NCBI GenBank assembly: GCA_963703315.1
Contig: OY969811.1
Span: 2,496,001-2,560,000, forward strand
Direction: 5' to 3'
Length of the DNA stretch: 64,000 bases
From: an uncultured cyanobacterium
Lineage (GTDB): Bacteria; Cyanobacteriota; Cyanobacteriia; Pseudanabaenales; Pseudanabaenaceae
Shown here piece after piece: positions 30,957-41,258 of the stretch; within the stretch, counting starts at the first letter, position 1, and each line of letters begins with the position of its first letter. A model generated the notes under the pieces. The model saw only the letters and a list, made by a program, of their open reading frames with translations. It was not told where the DNA came from and searched no databases. A program made the position numbers and the translations under genes.

Positions 30957-32327
30957 TTATGCTAATCCCATTGCGGCTAGTTGTGCTTGCGCTTTTTGTA
31001 ATGACTCGCGCCACTCGCGATCGCTAACACTATCAGCGACAATTCCCGCCCCAACTTGTCCCCAAATATGATCATTGGTTTTAAGCAAAGTCCGAATCAA
31101 AATATTCAGATCCATATTGCCCCGCTTGTCGATATAGCCACAGGAACCGTAAAACAAACTGCGCCGTTGTGGTTCTAAACACTCGATGATTTCCATACAG
31201 CGCACTTTGGGACAGCCTGTAATTGTCCCTCCGGGAAACGTAGCACGAATCAAATCGACTAAAGTGCGATCGCTGCGTAATGTCCCCACCACATTACTGA
31301 CAAGATGCATTACGTGGCTATAGCGCTCGATCGCCAATAATTCATCAACCTTGACCGTCCCCCATTCACAGACTCGTCCGAGATCGTTGCGTTCGAGATC
31401 AACCAGCATAATATGTTCCGCTTGCTCCTTTGTACAGGCAAGTAATTCCCGTTCAAAGTCCAGATCCTGCTGCTCAGTTTTGCCGCGTGGTCTTGTACCT
31501 GCGATCGGTCGAGTCTCGGCATGGCGATCGCGCAAACTGACTAGACGCTCAGGCGAAACACTAATCACTTCACCCCAAGTTGTCCGCCAAAAACTCGCAA
31601 AGGGGGATGGATTAATCCTTTGTAAATGTCGGTATAGTTGCCATCCATCCGCAGCCCAAGGATAACCAAATCGCATTGAGAGATTTGTCTGAAAAATATC
31701 CCCATCATAAATATGCTGCTTTGCCGTGTCCACCATTGCCTCATAGCCTTGTTGTTCGGGGGAATAAGTCGGAGTAACTTGTGTGCTGCGATCTCTACTG
31801 GGAAAGACAAGGGGCTTAAGCCCCTTGTTCTCTAAGTCGTTCAAAAGATCGCTTAATTCTGTTAATTCGTGGCGATCACTAGCGGCTAACCAAACATTTT
31901 GAGTCTGATGATCGATGACGGCAAAGCTTGATGGTTCATACCAAAAGGCAACAGGGAACGGTAAATTGTCAGGCTTAGTATAGGGTAAGCGCTCAATTTC
32001 CCATGCGAGGTCATAGCCTAACCAACCTAAATATCCCCCTGTAAATGGTAAATGATCGGGTAAATCTTGAGAACTGGGTGCAGATAGCATTCGAGATCGC
32101 AATTGTTCCAGACATGGCAAAATCTCACCAACTTCAGGAGTCCAAACTTGACGTGGTTTACCTGCGGCGATCGAATAGCGGGCGAGTTTTGAAGGAACTT
32201 GAGATGGACTTTCTAGCAAAACCGTAATCGGTTCATCAGCATAGAGCGATTCCCATAGATCTGCTCCTGTGATGTCAGTAGGTAGCGATCGCTGAAGCCA
32301 CAACCAATCGGTCATAGAAATATTCAA
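30957..32327 (-). CDS. Chorismate-binding protein (PabB / anthranilate synthase component I-like)
   Basis: SPERL, PIAGTRPRG, EHIMLVDLERNDL and FPGGTITGCPK. The start may be ATG 32315. Confidence 0.88.
   Translation of the reverse strand: MNISMTDWLWLQRSLPTDITGADLWESLYADEPITVLLESPSQVPSKLARYSIAAGKPRQVWTPEVGEILPCLEQLRSRMLSAPSSQDLPDHLPFTGGYLGWLGYDLAWEIERLPYTKPDNLPFPVAFWYEPSSFAVIDHQTQNVWLAASDRHELTELSDLLNDLENKGLKPLVFPSRDRSTQVTPTYSPEQQGYEAMVDTAKQHIYDGDIFQTNLSMRFGYPWAADGWQLYRHLQRINPSPFASFWRTTWGEVISVSPERLVSLRDRHAETRPIAGTRPRGKTEQQDLDFERELLACTKEQAEHIMLVDLERNDLGRVCEWGTVKVDELLAIERYSHVMHLVSNVVGTLRSDRTLVDLIRATFPGGTITGCPKVRCMEIIECLEPQRRSLFYGSCGYIDKRGNMDLNILIRTLLKTNDHIWGQVGAGIVADSVSDREWRESLQKAQAQLAAMGLA
31807..31828. 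repeat. Perfect 22-bp intragenic palindrome ACAAGGGGCTTAAGCCCCTTGT
   Basis: Read directly; encodes NKGLKPLV in an interdomain linker. Confidence 0.85.
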
Positions 32328-32411
32328 TAGTTCAGTACGGTCTTATTATAGAGAAGTGCCGCTTGAGGCTACTTTTCTATAATTAAGACCGTACTTAATC
32401 ATCAAAAAACT

Positions 32412-32600
32412 ATGAATCGCACCTTATTTATTGGAATTCTCGTTGTTATTGGGCTAATGGTATTGGCGAGTTCGTTACCAAATAGGTTCTATGGGGCAAG
32501 CGATCGCAAATTTATCGTGATTACAGTCATTACCTGTATTGTTTCGGCGATCGGTTTAGCTGTATTTTTCAGCATTCCCTTTTTGACAGCAAAAGGCTAA
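32412..32600 (+). CDS. Small two-TM hypothetical protein
   Basis: 62 aa with two hydrophobic helices; stop overlaps the convergent rhodanese stop. Confidence 0.55.
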   Translation: MNRTLFIGILVVIGLMVLASSLPNRFYGASDRKFIVITVITCIVSAIGLAVFFSIPFLTAKG

Positions 32601-32935
32601 TACTTTGCCATACTGGAATCAATTGAGTATGCATAGGCATCAATACCACCACCGATATTTTTGACATTAGTAAATCCTTGGTTTACTAGCCATTGGCACA
32701 TTTGCGCCGATCGCATTCCGTGATGACACAACACTAAGGTTTCGGCATGGGGATCAAATTTTTCTTTAAAATCTACTTCCCACTGGTCATATTCACTGAG
32801 TGGTAAAACTGTAAAGCCATCGATCGCTGCAATATCCACCTCATCCCGTTCACGCACATCAATTAGTTGCAGATTTTGACAATCATCAGCCAAACGTTCA
32901 GCTAGTTCTTGGACAGTAATTTGTATGATAGACAT
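32597..32935 (-). CDS. Rhodanese-like sulfurtransferase
   Basis: LIDVRE, CHHGMRS and GGIDAY. Confidence 0.9.
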   Translation of the reverse strand: MSIIQITVQELAERLADDCQNLQLIDVRERDEVDIAAIDGFTVLPLSEYDQWEVDFKEKFDPHAETLVLCHHGMRSAQMCQWLVNQGFTNVKNIGGGIDAYAYSIDSSMAKY

Positions 32936-33045
32936 ACGAGTAAAATATCTCTTAGGTATGAGTTAAAAACCTAGCACAAGTACTGCTTTTAGCTCAAACT
33001 TTAGGTATCGCAGTTTCCCATTATTAACGAATACTGTCTAGACCA

Positions 33046-33513
33046 ATGAGCCAGCCCATCGAAGAATTGTTGCAAGACCTCAAGAGTGAGCATGAAGATA
33101 TCCGCGATCGTGCTACTCAGGGGCTATGGGAAATGTGGTTTATGCAAAAGGGAATGCAAGGGTTGCAGGTCTTGCGCCAAAGCCAAATGATGGCCGATAG
33201 TGGCAATATCCGACAGGCGGAGTTAATGCTGACCCAATTAATTCATGCTCAGCCAGATTTTGTGGAAGCATGGAATCGGCGGGCGGTTTTGTTTTATATG
33301 CAAGGGGATTACAAACGCTCGATCAAAGATTGCCAAAAGGCGATCGCCCTCAATCCTTATCATTTTGGCGCAGTGCATGGTTTGGGTTTATGTTATGCCG
33401 CGATCGGCAACTATCACGAGGCGATCGCCACTTTCCGCCGCGCCTTAGAAATTCAACCCTATTCCCTCACCAATCAAAAACTAATTCTCGAATGTACTGC
33501 CATGCTTAACTAA
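33046..33513 (+). CDS. TPR protein
   Basis: PDFVEAWNRRA and NPYHFGAVHGLG. Confidence 0.85.
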   Translation: MSQPIEELLQDLKSEHEDIRDRATQGLWEMWFMQKGMQGLQVLRQSQMMADSGNIRQAELMLTQLIHAQPDFVEAWNRRAVLFYMQGDYKRSIKDCQKAIALNPYHFGAVHGLGLCYAAIGNYHEAIATFRRALEIQPYSLTNQKLILECTAMLN

Positions 33514-33854
33514 CTGTTTATTTTGAGAACAACAGCTAAAGCTTTTCCAATTCTTTCCATAGTTTGTTCTGATAATCTGCCAATTTGTCTAACAAGTCTT
33601 TCCTGTGAAACTGAGCGCACTTGAAATGTATCGGCTGCTGATCGCTTGCTTAAACCATTGTCCTGATCTGGATCAATCTGTACCATCCACGCAACTCTTC
33701 CAAAAACCTCTTGCCATCTTGTAATTGGCACAACTACTTTTAGCCGTAAAACCCCAATTTCGTCATTATTCACAATCACAGCAGGGCGGATTTTGCCAAT
33801 TTCATCACCTATAGTCGGATCAGCACTATATAGCCAGACTTGCCTTCTACGCAT
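33510..33854 (-). CDS. PemK/MazF-family toxin
   Basis: DPTIGDEIGKIRPAVIV, VVPIT, NGLSKRS and QVRSVS. ATG at 33854 overlaps the upstream gene. Confidence 0.88.
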   Translation of the reverse strand: MRRRQVWLYSADPTIGDEIGKIRPAVIVNNDEIGVLRLKVVVPITRWQEVFGRVAWMVQIDPDQDNGLSKRSAADTFQVRSVSQERLVRQIGRLSEQTMERIGKALAVVLKINS

Positions 33855-34095
33855 ATTCTTCATACTCGTAAAAGTCTTCTTGACATAGATCGCTAAATTC
33901 GGTGAGTGCATTCCCTCCTGCATAGTAGGAACGCATCATTTCTGCCGCATCCTCTAAACTTAGTTGTTGAACTTGTTGCTCTAGATTAGGTTTCGTCATT
34001 TCTTCACGGATCAGGCGCAGCGTAAATTCTACAATTTCTAAGCGATCTACAGGCTGCATTAGGCGAATTTCTTCTAATATCTGAAATTTTGTCAT
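33847..34095 (-). CDS. Putative antitoxin of the MazF-like toxin
   Basis: 82 aa with an acidic C-terminus, overlapping the toxin start by 8 nt. Confidence 0.7.
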   Translation of the reverse strand: MTKFQILEEIRLMQPVDRLEIVEFTLRLIREEMTKPNLEQQVQQLSLEDAAEMMRSYYAGGNALTEFSDLCQEDFYEYEEYA

Positions 34096-34116
34096 GACTT
34101 TGAGTATTTAAAGCAT

Positions 34117-35544
34117 TTAGTAATTGATATTCCAGAGGGGAGTACGGCGGACAAAGGCGAGGATGCATACACCGATAGTAATGCTTAGCCATCCGCAGAT
34201 TAAAGTTATTAAGGGCAAGGCTTGATTTAAGGTAACGAGAGAGGCGATTTTGCTGGGGGTGAGAAAAGCACTGATTAATAATAAAGCCGTACCAATTTCC
34301 CAAGGTTGTAAATGGGTTTTGAGATGATGGGGGCGATCGCTTTGCAAACTATTGGGCGCAACTAATTTTAAGAAAAATCTGGCGATCGCGGGACTAACGA
34401 TGCAAACACCGAGCCAAGCGATCGCATTACTCACCATGAGTTTTGGAGGGAGAGGAAATATAAACAAAAGCAACCCGCCAATAGCTGCGAAGGCAGTACC
34501 AGCTAAAATTCCTGCCCCCTGTGGTAGTAAGACATGAGCTAGACCGAGACTGTCTTGTTCAGTCTCTTGCTTAGCCAGATGAAACTCTTCCCGTAATGTT
34601 TGCCCTAATTGATCATTTTGATTAGTACTTTCCTTAGTTTGTCCCGTCATCATGGTCATCGCTAAGGGAATTGTGATTTCGCTATTGTTTCCTGCTAGCT
34701 GCATCCAACTTAACTCACCACTTGCCTCTTGCAATTTGATCACTGACAACCGCGAAAAAGGACGTAAATCAATTGTATAAGTCGATTCAATTCCCCATAA
34801 GCCACTAAACCGCAGTTCCAAAATTCTTTCGGGCGATCGCAACTGCGCTTGCCATGTAAAAAAACCAGTGAGTCCCGTAGATGTGAAAGCGATCGCGGCG
34901 ATCGCTCGAATATTGCTAGAAAAGTCAAGCATCATCCAAAAGAACAGTCCTAAAGTGATCAATACCAAACTATTAAACTGTCGTGGTTGTTGACCTAAAG
35001 CAGAGGGGCTGACCATTACTGTTTGATCAGAATAGGTAACTACATTCAAAACATCAGCACTTACTGTTTCTATGGTTTTCCTTTTGTCTAATGCCAACTT
35101 TTCCTTAGTTGATCGCAAACCTAGAGCGCTAGCTAAGCCTATAAAAATAGCGGCAGGTAGAATCCACCAGAGTGCTACTAAAACCTTAGTAAAGTCTTCA
35201 TTAGGGACTTCTGAAGATATACTCATTCCTGCAATTAAAACTAGCCAATAAGCAGTGATTCCCATCAATTGCCATTGTGAGAATATATATTCCGAATTTT
35301 GGCGACAAACCTCAACAACAGATTTCGCAGTATAGATGCCGATTAAAAAACCGACAAACAGGCAAATACAGGCGATCGCGAAAACATTTAGTTCACTTTG
35401 TCCTAACTGCCTGATCGCTACTACCAGCATTAAAAAGCCAGCAAACCCAAAATTCACCGAAATAGGATAAGTTGCTTGCCGCCAACCCCACCCAACTTTA
35501 CCTGACACTAATTGTCTTTGTGTGTGGGAAGGGGAAACTTGCAT
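34117..35544 (-). CDS. Multi-pass membrane hypothetical protein
   Basis: Many hydrophobic segments. ATG 35544 (MQVSPS) avoids overlap with the upstream gene. Confidence 0.7.
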   Translation of the reverse strand: MQVSPSHTQRQLVSGKVGWGWRQATYPISVNFGFAGFLMLVVAIRQLGQSELNVFAIACICLFVGFLIGIYTAKSVVEVCRQNSEYIFSQWQLMGITAYWLVLIAGMSISSEVPNEDFTKVLVALWWILPAAIFIGLASALGLRSTKEKLALDKRKTIETVSADVLNVVTYSDQTVMVSPSALGQQPRQFNSLVLITLGLFFWMMLDFSSNIRAIAAIAFTSTGLTGFFTWQAQLRSPERILELRFSGLWGIESTYTIDLRPFSRLSVIKLQEASGELSWMQLAGNNSEITIPLAMTMMTGQTKESTNQNDQLGQTLREEFHLAKQETEQDSLGLAHVLLPQGAGILAGTAFAAIGGLLLFIFPLPPKLMVSNAIAWLGVCIVSPAIARFFLKLVAPNSLQSDRPHHLKTHLQPWEIGTALLLISAFLTPSKIASLVTLNQALPLITLICGWLSITIGVCILAFVRRTPLWNINY

Positions 35545-35552
35545 AGGTGATG

Positions 35553-35574
35553 GGTAATTGGTAATCGGTAATTG
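35553..35574. repeat. Heptamer tandem repeat GGTAAT(T/C) x3, STRR-like
   Basis: ggtaatt-ggtaatc-ggtaatt in the short intergenic gap. Confidence 0.6.
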
Positions 35575-35581
35575 AGAAATT

Positions 35582-36658
35582 CTAAACCGCCGCGATCGCC
35601 TCATGACGTGCAAAAATCATCCGACCTGCGGAAGTTTGCAAAGCGCTGGTAACAATCACAATAATTTGTTTGCCAAGATATTCGCGCCCCTCTTCAATTA
35701 CCACCATCGTGCCATCTTCGAGATAGCCAATCCCTTGAGAAGCTTCTTTACCTTCCTTCAATACCTTAATCTCGATCAGATCCCCAGGTAAATAAGTTGG
35801 GCGCAGAGCTTGGGCAAGATCGTTAATATTTAAAACTTCTACCTGTTGCAAATTGGCAACTTTATTGAGGTTGTAGTCGTTGGTGATTAAGGTACAGCTT
35901 AGCTCTTGAGCCAAACGCACTAACTTGGCATCAACGGTATGCAAATCTTCGTAATCGGCAGAATGAATCGTAATGCGATCGCTAAATTCATCGCGCATCG
36001 TATTGAGAATATCTAGTCCTCGGCGACCACGTACTCGTTTTTGATCATTAGAGCTATCAGCGATCGTCTGCAATTCTTGAATCACAAAATGGGGGATCAA
36101 TAATTGCCCTTCTAAGAATCCTGTCTCCATCAAGGTCTGAATGCGACCATCGATCACTGTACTCGTATCCAAAATTTTGGCTGATGCTGTCCGTAGAGTT
36201 CCATCAGCGAGGAGGCTACTTTCGACATTATTGGGATTAATTAACCGCAATAGCGCTCGTCCATGAGTATCGGAAAGGGTCATGCCCGAATAGGCAAAGA
36301 TAATACTTACTAAAATTGCGGTAAGTGGCTTAATAAAAGCAAAGTCGTCAGGAATAGGAATTAAAAATAGTGGCGCAAGCATCAAGTTAGCTACCAATAG
36401 CCCAAATACTAAACCTACGGCTCGACCCAAAATCGTTTCCAGTGGCATTGACCTGACATTGGATTCAATACGCCGATAGGTATTTTGAACGATTAATCCT
36501 GCAACTAGTCCGATAAATGAGCCAACCCCAAGGGTTACCCAGCGAAAGCTCTGGACATCTAGGTTCGCAATTGTTTCAGGCGGCAAAAAGTCGATGCCAT
36601 GGAAGCCAGTACCTGCTCCCGCCAGAATGAATGTGAAAATGATAATAGCGTCAATCAT
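35582..36658 (-). CDS. Membrane PIN/TRAM-domain protein (YacL-like)
   Basis: ILDTSTVIDGRI, RGRRGLDIL, TNDYNL, GYLEDGTMVV and QTSAGRMIFA. Confidence 0.9.
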   Translation of the reverse strand: MIDAIIIFTFILAGAGTGFHGIDFLPPETIANLDVQSFRWVTLGVGSFIGLVAGLIVQNTYRRIESNVRSMPLETILGRAVGLVFGLLVANLMLAPLFLIPIPDDFAFIKPLTAILVSIIFAYSGMTLSDTHGRALLRLINPNNVESSLLADGTLRTASAKILDTSTVIDGRIQTLMETGFLEGQLLIPHFVIQELQTIADSSNDQKRVRGRRGLDILNTMRDEFSDRITIHSADYEDLHTVDAKLVRLAQELSCTLITNDYNLNKVANLQQVEVLNINDLAQALRPTYLPGDLIEIKVLKEGKEASQGIGYLEDGTMVVIEEGREYLGKQIIVIVTSALQTSAGRMIFARHEAIAAV

Positions 36659-36810
36659 ATTGCGGGACTCCGCTTGGACGAATAAATATAAGAATTTGAG
36701 ATAGATACCAAATAATCTCTAGCGTAAGACCTTAATTACGTCCTAGATGATTCTCTTCCAACTTTCTCAACTCTTTCCTTACAATTCTACACAACTCTAA
36801 CAAGCCTTGT

Positions 36811-37209
36811 TTATTTTGTGGGTTGGGGACAGCCTTCAGTAGATTTTTTGCCATCGGGCATGATTGCTCCACAGAAGTTAGTTTCAGAAATGTAGGCGCT
36901 GGTCAAATCTGCACCTGTGAGATCGGCTCCACGTAGATCTGCACGATCAAGAATTGCGCCAATTAGGTTTGCTTCTCGCAAGTCAGCTAGTTTGAGATCG
37001 GCAGAAAAGAGATTAGCATTGCGTAAATCTGCTCCTCTAAGATTTGCAAAACTTAATTTTGTACGGGACAGATCGCATCCTTGACATTCTCTAGTTTGCA
37101 AAACTTGGCGGAGTTGATTTGGGTCAGCAAGGGTAGATTCTGTCCAACATGAGGCGATCGCCCCGATAAGTCCTGAGATTACCAAACAAGATTTGATTGC
37201 AGCTTTCAT
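36811..37209 (-). CDS. Secreted/lumenal pentapeptide repeat protein
   Basis: Signal peptide, CxxCDL, ADLR repeats and GAIMPDG. Confidence 0.88.
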   Translation of the reverse strand: MKAAIKSCLVISGLIGAIASCWTESTLADPNQLRQVLQTRECQGCDLSRTKLSFANLRGADLRNANLFSADLKLADLREANLIGAILDRADLRGADLTGADLTSAYISETNFCGAIMPDGKKSTEGCPQPTK

Positions 37210-37489
37210 TTTTGAGACTTGATTTGTTTAGCCTATTATCAACCAAGCCCTGCATCACGATGAAATGCGATCGCAATCACAAGGGTAGAGATCCGATGTC
37301 ACTGGTGATTCTGGGGAAAAGATAGATGATGTTTTCATTGAGTTAATTGCTTACCAGTTAAAACTCACCCAATCGGTTGAATTGATAGCAGGAAGTAGCG
37401 ATCGCTACTTTTAGCAGATAATTAAATTATAGAAGTTTCAGCTTCTAGTTCATTGAAACGCGGTTAGAGAAAGCAGCATAGAGGCAGTC

Positions 37490-37840
37490 ATGAAAAATAC
37501 AGTTCTCGCCACATTATTAGCTATTTCGGGTTTCGCCATTTCAGGTTTTGCAAGCATTACTCCAGCAAACGCCCAAACCGCGATTGTTGCTGCACTTTAT
37601 CAAAACCCTACTGCTCCTCAAACAGAAGTTCGCTATGAAAGTGCAGATGTTCATCGCAATCAGATTATCCTTGCGATGAATACCACGCCCGAAGTATTGG
37701 CGATCGCGGAAAACCTGATGACAGGTGATAGTTATGATCGGATTGTCACTGTGAGCCGCAAAGATAATTTGGCTTGTTTAGTTAGTGGTCAAGGTTCTGC
37801 CGATGGTGCTGTGACCTGTGGATTGATTGACTATGAATAA
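37490..37840 (+). CDS. Secreted hypothetical protein
   Basis: GAGG RBS, signal peptide ending ANA-Q, two Cys. Confidence 0.7.
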   Translation: MKNTVLATLLAISGFAISGFASITPANAQTAIVAALYQNPTAPQTEVRYESADVHRNQIILAMNTTPEVLAIAENLMTGDSYDRIVTVSRKDNLACLVSGQGSADGAVTCGLIDYE

Positions 37841-37918
37841 GAAAAGGGACGCTTTGCGTCCCTTTTCCAATAGTGATAAAAAAGCCCAAAATGGCTACGC
37901 CATTTTGGGCTTTTTTAT
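37841..37918. repeat. Two hairpins between convergent genes (terminator-like)
   Basis: gaaaagggacgc-TTT-gcgtcccttttc and ataaaaaagcccaaaatggc-TAC-gccattttgggcttttttat. Confidence 0.8.
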
Positions 37919-37939
37919 TGATTAGTGGTGCTGCAAATA

Positions 37940-38443
37940 TTAGGCAATATTGGCATTATTTTTAACTTCATTTAGCTTTTGCAAGCTAAATTGAGCGCGT
38001 TTAATTTGCTTCTCGCATAATGCTTCAATATCAGTACGCACTATCTCAATGCCATGTTGTGTATCGGTGGCGCGATCAAAAAATACAATGCTATCGACTT
38101 GCTTCATCCCAATGAGACGAAACAACATATCAATTACGTTATATTCACCGCATTCAAGGTTTTCGTCATTTAACTTCAATCGGTCAATATTGGCAGGTGT
38201 GCGATCGCAATACGCATAGATCGTGATCTTTTCAACTTCAGGATTATCATGATTGCTAAGCGGTGTGAGTAACCAACCACCTTCGAGATCTTGAATTACA
38301 AAATAAGTTGTATGTCTTAAATTTTGGGCGATCGCTTTGAGTACCGAGGCAATTAATCTTACGGCACTAGCCGTTTCTTCATCGGGCGTACTTTGGACTA
38401 ATAAATTTACTTGATAATCAAGGGTTTGGTCTTTAGTTAACAT
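37940..38443 (-). CDS. Hypothetical protein
   Basis: 167-aa ORF starting 6 nt after the upstream gene. Confidence 0.72.
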   Translation of the reverse strand: MLTKDQTLDYQVNLLVQSTPDEETASAVRLIASVLKAIAQNLRHTTYFVIQDLEGGWLLTPLSNHDNPEVEKITIYAYCDRTPANIDRLKLNDENLECGEYNVIDMLFRLIGMKQVDSIVFFDRATDTQHGIEIVRTDIEALCEKQIKRAQFSLQKLNEVKNNANIA

Positions 38444-38449
38444 TGAGGT

Positions 38450-39193
38450 CTAATTTTTATTGACAGATCGCTTCAGTGCAGGTTGCGCCGTAATCGATTG
38501 CAATGATTCTAACGTCTCGAAGATTGCTTCGCGGGTGGTGGGTTCTGTCTCTCGGTTTAGTAATACCTGACAATAATCAGCGATCGCTTTTTCTTGAGCC
38601 GTAGGTAACTGATTTTCCTGCACATACTGATTAATTTGCTTAATCGCCATTAATCTCGATAAATCATCAGTCAGATCGTTATTGGCAGTAAGCTGCGAGA
38701 TTAATTGATCAAAATTATTTTGTTGACGCTGTAGCCATTGGCTAAAAGCTTGACGAACAAGGATGGCAAAAATCCCTAAAATGGCACCTAGCTGCAAAAT
38801 ATTCGCGAAGCCTAGCCAATGGTTTTCTTGATTTGACCATATAGCAAGGATTGTATAGGTCAATAAAACTGTAACTGTGCCACTAGCGACAGATAGAGGT
38901 AAATGCCGATAGGGGCTTTGGAGAAACTTCTGAAGCCGCCATAGGATCACATTCCAGTTCCAATCCTGCATGACATAAACGGCAATCATTACGAAGATCC
39001 CTATACTCGTCGCCGCAATTAATTGCCAGTTCCAAACCAGCAGCAACACCCCAAAAATTGCTAACAAAGCCCATACTGGTAATCCTTGCTCACGGGAAAG
39101 TCCCAACCAAAGCGATCGCAGAAATTGCTGAGATGTTTGCCGAGGTTGTGATGCTGTTGTTTCTTGCTCTTGATAGCGTGAATTCTTAACCAC
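38450..39193 (-). CDS. Membrane protein with helical C-terminal domain
   Basis: About four TM segments followed by a helical tail. Confidence 0.72.
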   Translation of the reverse strand: MVKNSRYQEQETTASQPRQTSQQFLRSLWLGLSREQGLPVWALLAIFGVLLLVWNWQLIAATSIGIFVMIAVYVMQDWNWNVILWRLQKFLQSPYRHLPLSVASGTVTVLLTYTILAIWSNQENHWLGFANILQLGAILGIFAILVRQAFSQWLQRQQNNFDQLISQLTANNDLTDDLSRLMAIKQINQYVQENQLPTAQEKAIADYCQVLLNRETEPTTREAIFETLESLQSITAQPALKRSVNKN

Positions 39194-39263
39194 TTTGTAT
39201 CCCTAAGGACTCTAATAGCTACTTTACAGGATCTTGGATAGATGTTGCCACTACAAAACAAGG

Positions 39264-39345
39264 TAAGTAGCTGGGCATAATTAAAAACCAAAACCTGTGG
39301 CGCACGCGCAGCGTGCGCCACAGGTTTTGGTTCTGGTTTTTAATA
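39264..39345. repeat. TAAGTAG-type MITE-like element
   Basis: taagtagctgggcataattaaaaacc then hairpin aaaacctgtggcgcacgc-GCA-gcgtgcgccacaggtttt. Confidence 0.85.
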
Positions 39346-39357
39346 AGGAATTATCTC

Positions 39358-41109
39358 TTACTTTGCGGGTTTTTTATACATATTTTGTAAGCTTAATAGC
39401 CCGACTCCAACCGTGACCAAAAACACTCCAAATATCTGCATCGGATCTAGTTTGTCTCCCAAAATTGTGAATGCTAAAAATGTAGTAAACACAGGACCAC
39501 TAGCACTAATAATTGATGCTTGGGCAGCACCCATGAGCTTTGTACCAAAACTGGTTAATAAATAACCACCTAAAGTGGTTATCGAAATCAAGAAGCACAT
39601 GAATACTAGCGAACTATTGAGAGAAATTGAAGCTAAGGTGAAGGGTAATGTACCGAGGCAAAGCAACAAAATGATGGCAAAGTTAATAGACGTAAATGAA
39701 ACGGGATTTAGTTGTTTAAAACAAGCCTGTGAGGTGATGATATATCCTGCAAACGCCACACCTGAAGATACTGCCGAAATTATGCCCCATGTATCAGGCT
39801 TAATGCCACCAAAAATATTATTGGTCAGCATGATCCCCAAATAGATCACGCCAATGACCAACCAACGCTCCTTACTAGGGCGATCGCCAAATAGGAACCA
39901 AGCCATCAAAACGGTAACAGTTGGGAAAATAAAGAATAAAGTTACAGCCAGACTCGGCTTCAAAATGCCTAGAGCAAGGTAAATAAATGCAAAGGAGGCA
40001 AATTGTAACAACGCACTAAAGGAAACCCGCCAGAACAATAATCTGCGGCTAGGGGTGAGTAGTTGCTGAAAGTCTCGTAATACATCTACCCGAAAAATAA
40101 ACTTAGCCACCATCCACATAATCGGTGTCGCAAACAACATTCGCAACAGCAACAACATGAAGGAGTTGGGGATGCTTGGTTTAATCAATCCCCCAAAATT
40201 AAATATTCCCAAAATATTGGAGTTAGAGAAAATTACTCTTACCAAAATATTCTGTAATGACAAAACCACTGAAGCCCCTAAAACTAGAACAAACCCTAAC
40301 CACCAATCATTGAGATGTTTAGTTGATTGAACTGGTGTGGTTGGCTCTGGGGAAGGAAGAGGTGCAGTGGGATCGGCGTAGGGACGGGTGTCATTTTGGT
40401 CGTACTGCCGCGCTTGACCAATACCACTGTTAAAAGATGGAATCTGAATTTGGCTGTAGCCGTTAATATTGCCGTTGCCATTAGGCTGAAGGACATTATT
40501 ACCATTGCCATTAATGCCGATCGCCCCTGTAAAGTTTGATGTTGGTGATGATGTTGTTGGTAGATTTGCACCCCCATAGCGATCGCCCGAAGATCGGCGT
40601 AAATATTCATCAATTCTTTCCACCAAAGCGGACAGCATTAGCTCGCCTTGTTGTCTCTGGGTATACATCCGTTGCATTTGATCATCAAGATCGCGCTGGT
40701 AAGTATCCACATCGCTTTGCAACGATTGAAATGTTGTCCGAATCGCACTATCAAGATTGAGCATCAATTGCTCAAAATTCTGCGAATGATCATTCAGCAC
40801 CTGTGAATTAGTCACGATGACATCATTTTTGAGGTGATAAGTAATTGATTGGGCAAGTTGTTCGATCCATTGCTGTCTCTGGATTTCTTGCTGATTCATC
40901 CCCTGTTGAGCAACGGTTAGTACCTCTAGCTCTTTACGTTGAGACTGGAGTCTCTGAATATCATCAGTTAGAGCATTTTTTTGGGCTTGTAAAATCAAAA
41001 TTTCGCGGCTGAGCTTGCCTAAGATATTTGCCCGCAAATCTGATAAGTCCTTGGTGACTCCTGCAAGGGTCTGCTCGTAAGAACTACTACGAATATTATT
41101 ACTCTCCAT
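39358..41109 (-). CDS. sepJ: SepJ (FraG)-like septal protein: coiled coil, linker, DMT/EamA permease
   Basis: N-terminal coiled coil (QQWIEQLAQ, LDSAIRTTFQSLQSD), Pro/Ser/Asn-rich linker and roughly 10-TM EamA domain. Confidence 0.8.
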   Translation of the reverse strand: MESNNIRSSSYEQTLAGVTKDLSDLRANILGKLSREILILQAQKNALTDDIQRLQSQRKELEVLTVAQQGMNQQEIQRQQWIEQLAQSITYHLKNDVIVTNSQVLNDHSQNFEQLMLNLDSAIRTTFQSLQSDVDTYQRDLDDQMQRMYTQRQQGELMLSALVERIDEYLRRSSGDRYGGANLPTTSSPTSNFTGAIGINGNGNNVLQPNGNGNINGYSQIQIPSFNSGIGQARQYDQNDTRPYADPTAPLPSPEPTTPVQSTKHLNDWWLGFVLVLGASVVLSLQNILVRVIFSNSNILGIFNFGGLIKPSIPNSFMLLLLRMLFATPIMWMVAKFIFRVDVLRDFQQLLTPSRRLLFWRVSFSALLQFASFAFIYLALGILKPSLAVTLFFIFPTVTVLMAWFLFGDRPSKERWLVIGVIYLGIMLTNNIFGGIKPDTWGIISAVSSGVAFAGYIITSQACFKQLNPVSFTSINFAIILLLCLGTLPFTLASISLNSSLVFMCFLISITTLGGYLLTSFGTKLMGAAQASIISASGPVFTTFLAFTILGDKLDPMQIFGVFLVTVGVGLLSLQNMYKKPAK

Positions 41110-41258
41110 TTAAGAAATCACCTCGTAACAATGCCATCTGTAATAACTCTAGGGACTAAGGTTGGCACTAGCTTTTTAATTGGCTTAATTTGGTTGTGTC
41201 TAGTTTGCGAACTTTATAACACTATTTTGAGCATCTGACATACTTTGTTTTGTTGTGT

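Noticed and set aside
35545..35613. N-terminal extension of the membrane protein given in the ORF track
   Set aside because: It overlaps the PIN/TRAM gene and translates the heptamer repeat (QLPITNYP); ATG 35544 is more plausible.
37255..37338. 27-codon minus-strand ORF upstream of the pentapeptide gene
   Set aside because: Too short, with no RBS or recognisable motif; it cannot be supported from sequence alone.
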